Assembly: GCA_965648915.1 (NCBI GenBank)
Contig: CBFGIV010000003.1
Coordinates: 1-64,000 of the forward strand
Origin: a candidate division WOR-3 bacterium
Lineage (GTDB): Bacteria > Hydrothermota > Tepidihabitantia > SM23-42 > CAYGYG01
Direction: 5' to 3'
DNA: 64,000 bases
Position numbers and translations under genes: made by a program. The notes beneath the pieces were generated by a model, which saw only the letters and a list, made by a program, of their open reading frames with translations, was not told where the DNA came from and made no database searches. Shown one piece after another: positions 8,991 to 17,517 of the stretch (positions are counted from its first letter, which is position 1; every line of letters begins with the position of its first letter).

Positions 8991-10563
8991 TGCTCTTTCT
9001 TAAAATTGTTAGGTTCTCTATCAACACGGCGTCCTGAGGATTTAATTCGTAAGCCTTCTCCCAGAGACGAAGGGCATTAGCCTTATCACCCTGCTTCAGA
9101 TAGATATTACCGAGTCGAAAGTAGATATCAAAATCTCTGTTAGGCTCCGGAATTTTCTCATACTCCTCTCGGGCAGCGCCGAAGAGTTCCTCTCGATAAT
9201 AGAAATTTGCCAGTTTAATTCGAGCGACGATATTTTCCGGCGCAATCTCCAATATTTTGCGATAAATCTTTTCCGCCTCTTCGGATCGGCCGGTCCCTTC
9301 ATAGTAAATTGCAGAATTGATAAGAAATTCAATGCCCTGCATAAATTTATCTTTTCCTTCATTTACAATCTTATCGGCCTTGGTCAGGTCACCCTGGGCA
9401 GTATATATCATCAATAAATAACAGTGAGGTAGATAAAGAAGATTATCGATCGCGACTGCTTGTTCAAAAAATTCCCGGGCCTGATCAAGTTCATTCATCT
9501 TATAAAAGCAGCGTCCCAGATTGACCAGCGCTTTTTTATTTTGTGGATCGATATTTAATGCTTCCTGATAGAATTTTACTGCGTCTTCCAACTGATTGAG
9601 GTTTTCTAAAACCACGCCCATATTATTCAAGAGATTAGGACGTCGATTCCGGGCTAGTGATTTCTCAAAGAGGTCCCGGGCCCCGGCCCAATTTCTCTTC
9701 TTCATCTCGATCAATCCCAGATAAAAATTCGCTTCACCGTTGTCGAAATCGATCTTGAGGATCTTCTGAAATTCACGTTCGGCCTCATCAAACATCTCGG
9801 TTTTGAAAAAGGCATAGCCTAAGTTCTTATACTCCTCGATATTGCCCTTGACTTTTTCCACCGGGATGGATTCAACTCTTTCCAGTGCACCCGCCACAAT
9901 CAAACCATAAAGAATTCGGCAGGTGGTGAAGAAATCAAATTCTGAGATTTTCAGGATTTCGTCGATGGTCCTTTCTCCATTAATCAACGCCAGCACCCTA
10001 TTTTCGTCTTCGGTAAAGTTTAACGGTTTCTCTAAGGACCTTGCTTTAAAAATAGTGTCAAAGGGAGGCATTTTACCTTCTAACTTTCTCCACTCTTCAA
10101 TCCGCCGGGAACCTTCGAGTAAAAGTTCCTGCGGTGTCAGATAGACCGAAAATTCCTCTTTGGGCGGTAAGAGATCCGGCTCAAAACTGAAATAGCCCGT
10201 CTCCCAGGTCAACATCTGATAGATGACCTCTTCAATTTGACACTTGAGGTAGTATTCGAGTTCCTGCTGGGTAATGACCTTCATTTCAACCAAAATCTCA
10301 CCTAAACGTTTCTTCTCTTCTTTTTGGCGAACCAGCGCCTTTTCTAATATCTCCTGCGACATTTTTTTCTGTGCCACCAGGATATCACCCAGACGATCAC
10401 GTCGATTAATTAAGTTGGCATAGATTATCCCTGAATCACGAATAAAGACATTACCAAAATTTTTGCCGTCGGTAACAGAAAGACAACCGGCCCGGTTAGA
10501 AAAGGCAAGGAGTTGAATCACATCTGAAAAAGAGGCTTCACTTAAAGAACCCTTGATCGCCAT
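8983..10563 (-). CDS. DUF4388 (PatA-N) + MshEN-like + TPR-repeat protein
   Basis: N-terminal KGSLSE..FSDVIQLL...WETGYFSF; two RLGxIL motifs; C-terminal half of TPR repeats. Confidence 0.8.
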   Translation of the reverse strand: MAIKGSLSEASFSDVIQLLAFSNRAGCLSVTDGKNFGNVFIRDSGIIYANLINRRDRLGDILVAQKKMSQEILEKALVRQKEEKKRLGEILVEMKVITQQELEYYLKCQIEEVIYQMLTWETGYFSFEPDLLPPKEEFSVYLTPQELLLEGSRRIEEWRKLEGKMPPFDTIFKARSLEKPLNFTEDENRVLALINGERTIDEILKISEFDFFTTCRILYGLIVAGALERVESIPVEKVKGNIEEYKNLGYAFFKTEMFDEAEREFQKILKIDFDNGEANFYLGLIEMKKRNWAGARDLFEKSLARNRRPNLLNNMGVVLENLNQLEDAVKFYQEALNIDPQNKKALVNLGRCFYKMNELDQAREFFEQAVAIDNLLYLPHCYLLMIYTAQGDLTKADKIVNEGKDKFMQGIEFLINSAIYYEGTGRSEEAEKIYRKILEIAPENIVARIKLANFYYREELFGAAREEYEKIPEPNRDFDIYFRLGNIYLKQGDKANALRLWEKAYELNPQDAVLIENLTILRKSSG

Positions 10564-12329
10564 CAGTATTCCTCCCAGGTCTCCTCACTCCAGATGCTGG
10601 GAATTGATACCCATTCAAATTTTGGTTCTTCAACTTTCTCGGTCGGTTCAGGAACCGGTTCGATAGCCACTTTCTCACCTTCAAAACCAAGAGGCACAAT
10701 CTCCTCTTCATACTTACCCGCAATCAGACGCTCAAGGTCGTAGAAAGAATTTATCACCGGGAGCTCACCCAGAGGTTCCTGCCCTTTTCTTTGTAGATAT
10801 TCTCCGATCGTCTTTGGATCCGGAGCGGTTAGCGGAGCATCAATACCGAATTCGAAGAGATACTTTATCTCATCGCTCCAGGGTATCGTTAACGAAGGGA
10901 CAGCCGAGGTCATAATCATCTGCCGGTCCTCCCTCACATACTGATTAAGTAAAGAGCCCAGTTCACTGTATCGATCTTTTGGTAAAAGGTCAAGATTATC
11001 AAGGATTAAAACATCAGCCGGTTCCTGTGGAAAAGAATCTCTGAGATCATAAAATTTTACAGTGAGATTGGGGTTATCCCGGTTTATCTTATCAGCCAGG
11101 GCAAGGGCCAAGTGTGTTTTACCGCAACCGCGGCCACCGACAATGACAAACGGATTAAATTTTTTCCCTAAGTTCTTAATCATATCCATCGCCAGATTAT
11201 AAGCCACTTCATTACATTCACCAATAATATAGTCATCAAATGTCTTTTCAAATTTTGGCTTACTTAACTTTCCCCGGAGAGTAATCATCAACTTTTCAAC
11301 CTCATCGACTCTCTCCGGATTGAAGAGCAGGGGTTCAATCGCCATTGCTTCATCCGGGAACTGCCGGGCATCGATCTGACCGTATTCTTTCTGCAAATCG
11401 ATAAGCCTCTTAATTTTATCCATAAATATATCGTATGCCTCTTTCAATTTTTCGATATCCTCATTGAGCAGGGCTTTCAGACGGCTCACATCAAACCCCT
11501 TCATCTCCCAGACATAGATCTTTTCTTTAAATTCCTCGCGCGCCATGGCTTCGCCCTCGGCGATTGAGATTGCCTGATAGGCATCGCTTTTCAGTTCTTC
11601 GAGGATAGATGGTATGACCGCTTCAGAAGTTTTGGTCCGGTAATAGTCACGCAGGGCTAGGCGGGTGGTATTCAGATCGAGTGGGAATTGGGCTACGGTT
11701 GAATAGGCAATGAGTCGATTCAAGGCTCCTTCCAGTTCCCGCACCGAACCGGTGACGACCTGTGATATCTCGAGGGCGATCTCGTCGGGTAAGATCAACC
11801 CCCGTTCGGCGGCCTTCTTTTTGAGAATATTTACCCTCGATACCTCTTTGATCGACCCGATCTCACATACCAGACCACCCTCAAGGCGGGAAATTACATT
11901 GAGATCAAATCCCTTTAATTCAGAAGGTGGCACATTGGCTGATACAACGATCTGTCGATTTTCGATCAAAAATTTTTCAAGAATATGGAGTATTTCAGTC
12001 ACGGCAGCCGGATCGTTACCCAGGAGATGAAAATCATCTAATATGAAACATTCGGCACTATAGACCTCGACCTTAAAATCTGGTGCACTTGCTTTCTTTA
12101 ATTCTTCGATAAATTCAAGTCCACTGATAATCTTGGTTTTTAACTTAGTGTTAATAGCTGAATATATCGCCCAGAGGAGATGGGATTTTCCAAGCCCGAC
12201 ACCTGCATAGATATAGAGCGGATTGAAAATGATGCCCGGCATTTCGATGATCCGTTGTGCGGCAAGGTAGGCAATCTTATTCTCTTCTCCAACATAAAAA
12301 TTTTCAAAAGTGAAACTCTTCTTAATCAC
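10563..12329 (-). CDS. DnaA/Hda-family protein with two tandem DnaA-type AAA+ domains and no domains I or IV; not the replication initiator
   Basis: FTFENFYVGEEN..FNPLYIYAGVGLGKSHL, ILDDFH, SRLEGG, VRELEGAL; second copy TFDDYIIGECN..FNPFVIVGGRGCGKTHL, ILDNLD; GTG start overlaps the upstream stop. Confidence 0.85.
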   Translation of the reverse strand: MIKKSFTFENFYVGEENKIAYLAAQRIIEMPGIIFNPLYIYAGVGLGKSHLLWAIYSAINTKLKTKIISGLEFIEELKKASAPDFKVEVYSAECFILDDFHLLGNDPAAVTEILHILEKFLIENRQIVVSANVPPSELKGFDLNVISRLEGGLVCEIGSIKEVSRVNILKKKAAERGLILPDEIALEISQVVTGSVRELEGALNRLIAYSTVAQFPLDLNTTRLALRDYYRTKTSEAVIPSILEELKSDAYQAISIAEGEAMAREEFKEKIYVWEMKGFDVSRLKALLNEDIEKLKEAYDIFMDKIKRLIDLQKEYGQIDARQFPDEAMAIEPLLFNPERVDEVEKLMITLRGKLSKPKFEKTFDDYIIGECNEVAYNLAMDMIKNLGKKFNPFVIVGGRGCGKTHLALALADKINRDNPNLTVKFYDLRDSFPQEPADVLILDNLDLLPKDRYSELGSLLNQYVREDRQMIMTSAVPSLTIPWSDEIKYLFEFGIDAPLTAPDPKTIGEYLQRKGQEPLGELPVINSFYDLERLIAGKYEEEIVPLGFEGEKVAIEPVPEPTEKVEEPKFEWVSIPSIWSEETWEEY

Positions 12330-12757
12330 TACACCCTCCGCATCTTTTCAACGACTTTCAATAGAACCTTCTCAACATCATGGGCGCACCGCTCCGAAGC
12401 CGCCTTTACAACTCCGGGTAGAGTTCGATCATCAAACATTGAAACCAGAAAGAAATCCCCTCCGATCAGCAAATAGAAAAGGCTCACCTTTTTTCCTTCC
12501 TGGAGAAATTCATCAAATGCCTGTTCACCTAAGAGTTCTGCCATAGCCACCGTCGAGTTAAAGATCCCTCCAGCCAGAGCCGAAATCGTCACCAGGTCAA
12601 ACGAAGACAAGAACCCCCGCTGGGCAAGCATCTGTCCGGAGCGGGTAATTAGGATCGCCCAGGTGGCATTGGCATTATCAATATACTGTTGAAGAGCATT
12701 ACCAAGTAACCTAAGGTCATCCGAAGAAAGTGAGATTCTTTCCAGACTTTCTTTCAT
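12329..12757 (-). CDS. Roadblock/LC7 domain protein, MglB-like
   Basis: LITRSGQMLAQ...ISALAGG..AMAELLGE..F..FLQEG...FDDRT..G.VK pattern of MglB; ATG 12757 preferred because the TTG at 12769 overlaps the -10 box. Confidence 0.85.
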   Translation of the reverse strand: MKESLERISLSSDDLRLLGNALQQYIDNANATWAILITRSGQMLAQRGFLSSFDLVTISALAGGIFNSTVAMAELLGEQAFDEFLQEGKKVSLFYLLIGGDFFLVSMFDDRTLPGVVKAASERCAHDVEKVLLKVVEKMRRV

Positions 12758-12768
12758 AACCTCTAACA

Positions 12769-12796
12769 ATTATAAGGGATATTTAAAAAATGTCAA
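12769..12796 (-). promoter_or_regulatory. Consensus promoter heading the MglB-DnaA-like-che operon
   Basis: TTGACA (12796-12791), 16 nt, TATAAT (12774-12769). Confidence 0.75.
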
Positions 12797-12970
12797 CCCA
12801 AAATTGCTCAGGGAAAGTTCCTCCACAGCCCAAACAATTATGAATTTTTTATCTCCTATCACAATTTTTGTAAAATATCCGAAGAGATAACTCCCGGGCA
12901 CATTTATACTTATTCAAACCCCGGGTTATTCCCCTTAATTTATCAGTGTTAAAATCATTATCACCCGATG

Positions 12971-13915
12971 CTATTTAGTCACCTGGAGCAGTGGGATAAA
13001 ACTTTTATCATAAGGAGCAATCACAATTGTATTGTTAGGCGACTGGTAAAGTTTTGTGAGATTTTCAAGATACTTCCAGGAAAGGTAAGCCCGACCCCTT
13101 TCCCCCATCAATGACTGAGCAATAATATTTTGTGCTTCAGCAATACCCGAGGCTTCAATCTTTTTCCGTTCCGCCTCTTTCTTTTCTTTAAGAAGAATAA
13201 ATTCCATCTTCTGTGCTTCCTGGTCGGCTTCAAGTTTTGTCTCAATGGCATTCTTTACCTTTAAGGGCAGACTGATATTCCTTAAAAGTACCTTCTCCAG
13301 AGCAATACCCCGCTGCCGGAAATCTTCTTCCATCTCTTTACTGATCTCCTCCTGGACTTCGGCTCTCTTTTCTGAATATATTTCAAAAGCCAGATACTTC
13401 ACCGCTGTGTTCCTGATTGCGGTCCGCGCGGCCGGACGGACGATCTTATCAACATAGTCAGTACCGATCTTTTGAAATACATTTGCTGCTTCTGAAGGAA
13501 TGAGGTGATACCATACCGTTAGATCCATCTGGACCTCCAAGCCATCTTTGGTCAAGGCAGTAATTGCATCACCACCAGGTCTCTGCCCTTCTTCAGTTGC
13601 AATTGACATGGTGTATGCCTGAGTGCGGGTTGTCATTATTTCGAGATTAACAAAGGGGATGACGATATTAGGACCTTCAGAAAGGATCGATCTGGTCAAA
13701 ACTCGACCGAAGAGAATCTGGACCCCAACCGAACCCGGTGGGACGATGCGCAAGAGGGAAAAGAAGATCAGAATCCCGGCCAGAATTGAACCGCCGTAGG
13801 TTACAAATCTCCTGATTGAGAGTTTATCCTGAAAACGGTAATCGTCCGGTTTTATACGGTAGGTTGCCCTGAATATAAAAAGGGCAATGATAATCAATAG
13901 ACCCAATATGAACAT
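12971..13915 (-). CDS. SPFH/band-7 (prohibitin-like) membrane protein
   Basis: Two N-terminal TM segments; VPPGSVGV, TKDGL, LRNISLP, AIETKLEADQEAQKMEF; AGGAGG RBS. Confidence 0.88.
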   Translation of the reverse strand: MFILGLLIIIALFIFRATYRIKPDDYRFQDKLSIRRFVTYGGSILAGILIFFSLLRIVPPGSVGVQILFGRVLTRSILSEGPNIVIPFVNLEIMTTRTQAYTMSIATEEGQRPGGDAITALTKDGLEVQMDLTVWYHLIPSEAANVFQKIGTDYVDKIVRPAARTAIRNTAVKYLAFEIYSEKRAEVQEEISKEMEEDFRQRGIALEKVLLRNISLPLKVKNAIETKLEADQEAQKMEFILLKEKKEAERKKIEASGIAEAQNIIAQSLMGERGRAYLSWKYLENLTKLYQSPNNTIVIAPYDKSFIPLLQVTK

Positions 13916-13975
13916 AAAGACCTCCTTTTGTTTGGGTTCATCACTTATAAGATTATATAACTAACTTGGTGGGCA

Positions 13976-15391
13976 TTAAGACTCTGGACCTCTGGGTCTT
14001 AAACGAGGTCCGTCCGGTGTATCCTCGACAATAAAACCTAATTTAAGAATTTCCGCCCGGAGCAAATCAGCTTGGGCAAATTTTTTCTCTCTTCTTAAAA
14101 TTTCACGCTGTTCGGCAATGGAATAAGCCTGTTTTTCATTCTCGATTGATTTTACCTGGATCGATTTCAGTTCTTCAAGCCTGGTCGATCCATTGAGTAA
14201 ATCCAGGCCCAGAATTTGATCCATAATATAAAGAGTATGAGCGATTTGATTTGGTTCTCCTTTAGCATCTAAGACCTCAAGCATAATGGAGAGGGCCCGG
14301 GCCGTATTTAAATCGTCGGTTATTGCTTCTTCAAACCGGGTAATCGGCGATTTCATTACTTCTCCCGATGGCTCCGGTAGATCTTTTGCCCTTTCCCAGC
14401 ACCGAACCAATGTCTTTTGGGCCGAAGCGAGTGCCTCCCAGGTAAAATTTGCCGGTTTACGATAAGAGCTGCCCAGAAAGAAATAACGAAGGGCAAGGGG
14501 ATGAAACCCACGCTGGATAAGATCATCGACCGTATAGAGATTACCAATTGATTTTGACATCTTCTGGCCATCAACATTCAAAAATTGCGTATGGAACCAG
14601 TAACGGACAAACCTTTTACCCGTTGCGGCTTCAGACTGGGCAATTTCATTGGTATGATGGACTTTAATATGGTCGATGCCCCCAGTATGGATATCGATCT
14701 CTTCACCCAGATACTTCATACTCATCGCCGAACATTCAATATGCCAGCCCGGGAATCCTCTTCCCCAGGGACTATCCCACTGCATAATATGGTTGGGTTG
14801 ATTTGTTACCCAAAGGGCAAAATCCCAGGGGCTTTTACGTTCAGGATCGATTGCAACCCGAAAACCCGCCTGCTGACCTTGCAGATCGAGATTGGCAAAT
14901 TTACTATAATTCGGGAATTTGGCCGTATCAAAGATTATTCCCACAGAGGTCCGATAGGTATATCCCCGTTCTTCGAGCCTCTTGATCAGGGAAATCATAT
15001 CATCGATATGTTCAGTTGCCCGGCAGATGATACTGGGCCTCAGGATATTGAGCCGGGACAGGCTTTTAAGAAAATAATCTTCATAGAAACGTGCAATTTC
15101 CCATGGTGATTTCCGCTCTTGCTGGGCGCGAACTTCAATCTTATCTTCGCCCTCATCCTCATCACTTGTCATATGGCCAACATCAGTTATATTCATTACC
15201 TGTTTAACCCTGAACCCAAGATATTCGAGGGTTCGCCTCAAAATATCACTATTTGTATAAGCCCTGAGGTTCCCGATATGAGTATAGAAGTAGACAGTTA
15301 GACCACAACAATACATACCGACTTCATTCTTACGAATGGGTACAAAATCTTCAATCTTCTGGCTGGCAGTATTGAAAAGGCGTAAAACCAT
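13976..15391 (-). CDS. cysS: Cysteine--tRNA ligase
   Basis: MYCCGLTVY, HIGN, NITDVGH, GFPGWHIECSAM, KMSKS; start reassigned to MVLRLFNT from the promoter position. Confidence 0.97.
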   Translation of the reverse strand: MVLRLFNTASQKIEDFVPIRKNEVGMYCCGLTVYFYTHIGNLRAYTNSDILRRTLEYLGFRVKQVMNITDVGHMTSDEDEGEDKIEVRAQQERKSPWEIARFYEDYFLKSLSRLNILRPSIICRATEHIDDMISLIKRLEERGYTYRTSVGIIFDTAKFPNYSKFANLDLQGQQAGFRVAIDPERKSPWDFALWVTNQPNHIMQWDSPWGRGFPGWHIECSAMSMKYLGEEIDIHTGGIDHIKVHHTNEIAQSEAATGKRFVRYWFHTQFLNVDGQKMSKSIGNLYTVDDLIQRGFHPLALRYFFLGSSYRKPANFTWEALASAQKTLVRCWERAKDLPEPSGEVMKSPITRFEEAITDDLNTARALSIMLEVLDAKGEPNQIAHTLYIMDQILGLDLLNGSTRLEELKSIQVKSIENEKQAYSIAEQREILRREKKFAQADLLRAEILKLGFIVEDTPDGPRLRPRGPES

Positions 15392-15399
15392 AATAGTTA

Positions 15400-15477
15400 A
15401 GTATACGACAAAATAGATAAAAGTCAAGTTATGATAATACTGGTCAATCTTGACATTCAACTTTTTATGCTTAAAAT
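15400..15477. promoter_or_regulatory. Divergent promoters for cysS (-) and the ABC permease operon (+)
   Basis: Minus strand TTGACT(15427)-16-TATACT(15400); plus strand TTGACA(15450)-16-TAAAAT(15477). Confidence 0.7.
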
Positions 15478-15483
15478 TGGCAT

Positions 15484-16410
15484 ATGAGGCGTGAAACTTT
15501 GGTCGGTCTGATTCTTTTATCTCCAGCCTTGATTATTCTCCTCGTCTTCCGTATCTTACCGATCCTCTACTCTTTCCGGATGAGCCTCTTTGACTGGGGG
15601 CTAGCCGGCCCGGTGCGTTTTGTTGGTCTTAACAATTACCTGGAACTTTTTCATGACCCTAAATTTCTTTCATCCCTGGTCAATACACTATACTACACAA
15701 TCGGTGTCGTTCCCTTAACTATGGCCTGTGCCCTCTTCTTTGCCATCCTGCTCAATCAATCACTTAAAGGTCGGGGACTATTCAGGACGCTCTATTACTT
15801 ACCGGTTGTAACATCGGTTGTGGCAATTTCCGTAGTCTGGCGCTGGCTCTTTAATCCAGATCGCGGACTCTTTAACTTTTTTTTGAAGATTCTGGGTTTT
15901 AATCCCTTACAATTTCTTAATGATCCGACCGGGATCTTCTCATTTATCTTTGGTAGATCCAGCCCCTGGGCCGGGCCCTCGCTCGCCCTGTTCTGTGTCA
16001 TCTTAATGTCGGTCTGGAAAGAATTTGGCTACTGTATAATTATCTATTTGGCTGGGCTTCAAAACATTCCTCCCCAGTATTACGAAGCGGCATGGATCGA
16101 TGGTGCCAGCCCGATCAAGACTTTTTTCAAGATTACCCTGCCCCTCCTCTCACCAACCACCTTCTATATCCTCATTATTCTCACCATTACATCTTTTAAT
16201 GTCTTCGGCCCAATCTATGTGATGACTGGACCACCCCCTGGTGGTCCCCTGGGTACTACCAATGTGGTGGTTCATTATCTTTATGAAGAATCTTTTAAGC
16301 TCTGGAAACTTGGCTACGGAAGCAGTATTGCCTTTGTCATGTTTATGATCGTCTTTCTCCTTATGCGCTTACAGAAGGTGTTGATCGAGAAGCGGGTGCA
16401 TTATGAATAG
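15484..16410 (+). CDS. Carbohydrate ABC transporter permease (UgpA/MalF type)
   Basis: FVGLNNY, YLAGLQNIP..YYEAAWIDGA EAA loop, multiple TM segments. Confidence 0.92.
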   Translation: MRRETLVGLILLSPALIILLVFRILPILYSFRMSLFDWGLAGPVRFVGLNNYLELFHDPKFLSSLVNTLYYTIGVVPLTMACALFFAILLNQSLKGRGLFRTLYYLPVVTSVVAISVVWRWLFNPDRGLFNFFLKILGFNPLQFLNDPTGIFSFIFGRSSPWAGPSLALFCVILMSVWKEFGYCIIIYLAGLQNIPPQYYEAAWIDGASPIKTFFKITLPLLSPTTFYILIILTITSFNVFGPIYVMTGPPPGGPLGTTNVVVHYLYEESFKLWKLGYGSSIAFVMFMIVFLLMRLQKVLIEKRVHYE

Positions 16411-16484
16411 GGAAAAGATAAATACCCATGCTTTCTGTTATCTGATATATACTATGCAAAGTCAGAAACTATTATGACAACTCT

Positions 16485-17297
16485 ATGGTACGCAAAAGTC
16501 TGATCTATCTCATTCTCATCATAGGTGCTATTGGCATCATCTTGCCGTTCTTCTGGATGGTGATGACCTCATTTAAATCTCAGAATGAGGCATTGAGGTT
16601 CCCACCTAATTTACTGCCCGAGAAATTTCTTTTTAAAAATTATCTCAGCGCCTTCCGTCAGGTTGACTTTTCAAGATATTTTTTAAACACCATCATTATG
16701 ACCTTATTTACCGTGCTCGGTGTCTACTTCACCTCGATTCCTGCTGCCTATGCCTTTGCGCGACTAAATTTCTTCGGCCGTGATGTTATTTTTGCCCTTT
16801 TGCTGGCAATAATGATTGTCCCATTACCGGTCTATCTTGTTCCTTCTTACATAATCCTCAACGATTTACACTGGATCGATACCTATCTCGCCTTGATTAT
16901 ACCCTGGGCTGTAAATATCTTCTCCATCTTTTTGTTACGACAGCATTTTAAAACCCTGCCCGGCGATTTATTTGATGCGGCAAAATTGGATGGTATGAAC
17001 CATTTCCAGATTATCTGGTATCTTGTCCTGCCCCTTTCCCGACCGGTCCTCATAACCATCGGTATCTTCAATGTTGTATCAACCTGGAATGCATTTCTCT
17101 GGCCGCTGATTGTAACCAACTCTGATTCGATGCGCACAATCCAGACGGGATTATCTTACTTTGCCCAGGAGGCGAGTACCGATTATCCCCTGTTGATGGC
17201 GGCGTCAACTTTTACCATTCTGCCATTAGTAATCCTTTACTTTTTTGCCCAGAGGTATATAATAGAATCCTATGCCCGGGCCGGACTTAAAGAGTAG
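16485..17297 (+). CDS. Carbohydrate ABC transporter permease (UgpE/MalG type)
   Basis: AAYAFARLNF.GR, LFDAAKLDG, WNAFLWPLIV. Confidence 0.92.
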   Translation: MVRKSLIYLILIIGAIGIILPFFWMVMTSFKSQNEALRFPPNLLPEKFLFKNYLSAFRQVDFSRYFLNTIIMTLFTVLGVYFTSIPAAYAFARLNFFGRDVIFALLLAIMIVPLPVYLVPSYIILNDLHWIDTYLALIIPWAVNIFSIFLLRQHFKTLPGDLFDAAKLDGMNHFQIIWYLVLPLSRPVLITIGIFNVVSTWNAFLWPLIVTNSDSMRTIQTGLSYFAQEASTDYPLLMAASTFTILPLVILYFFAQRYIIESYARAGLKE

Positions 17298-17517
17298 ACA
17301 AAAAGTAAGGGTTGAATGTTATTCGGGGTATCGATCTGCCCAGTACCCAAAACGGGTCGAGTTAGATGGACGCTGGTTTGAGATATTTAAGGTCCTGAGG
17401 CATGAAGTGGTTGAGGATTACCATACCCACAACCGTGCCGATGTTTATCACTGTCACATCGGCGATAATATTATTATTCGACTTATGTCTAATCGTGAAG
17501 GATGGTTTAAGATATGA
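17272..17517 (+). CDS. Small hypothetical protein
   Basis: Fills the gap between the permease and polX with overlapping start and stop; VECYSGY...P.RV...G pattern. Confidence 0.55.
   Translation: MPGPDLKSRQKVRVECYSGYRSAQYPKRVELDGRWFEIFKVLRHEVVEDYHTHNRADVYHCHIGDNIIIRLMSNREGWFKI

Noticed and set aside
10563..12329. Calling this gene dnaA or hda
   Set aside because: No domain I or IV, two AAA+ modules, and chemosensory rather than origin context
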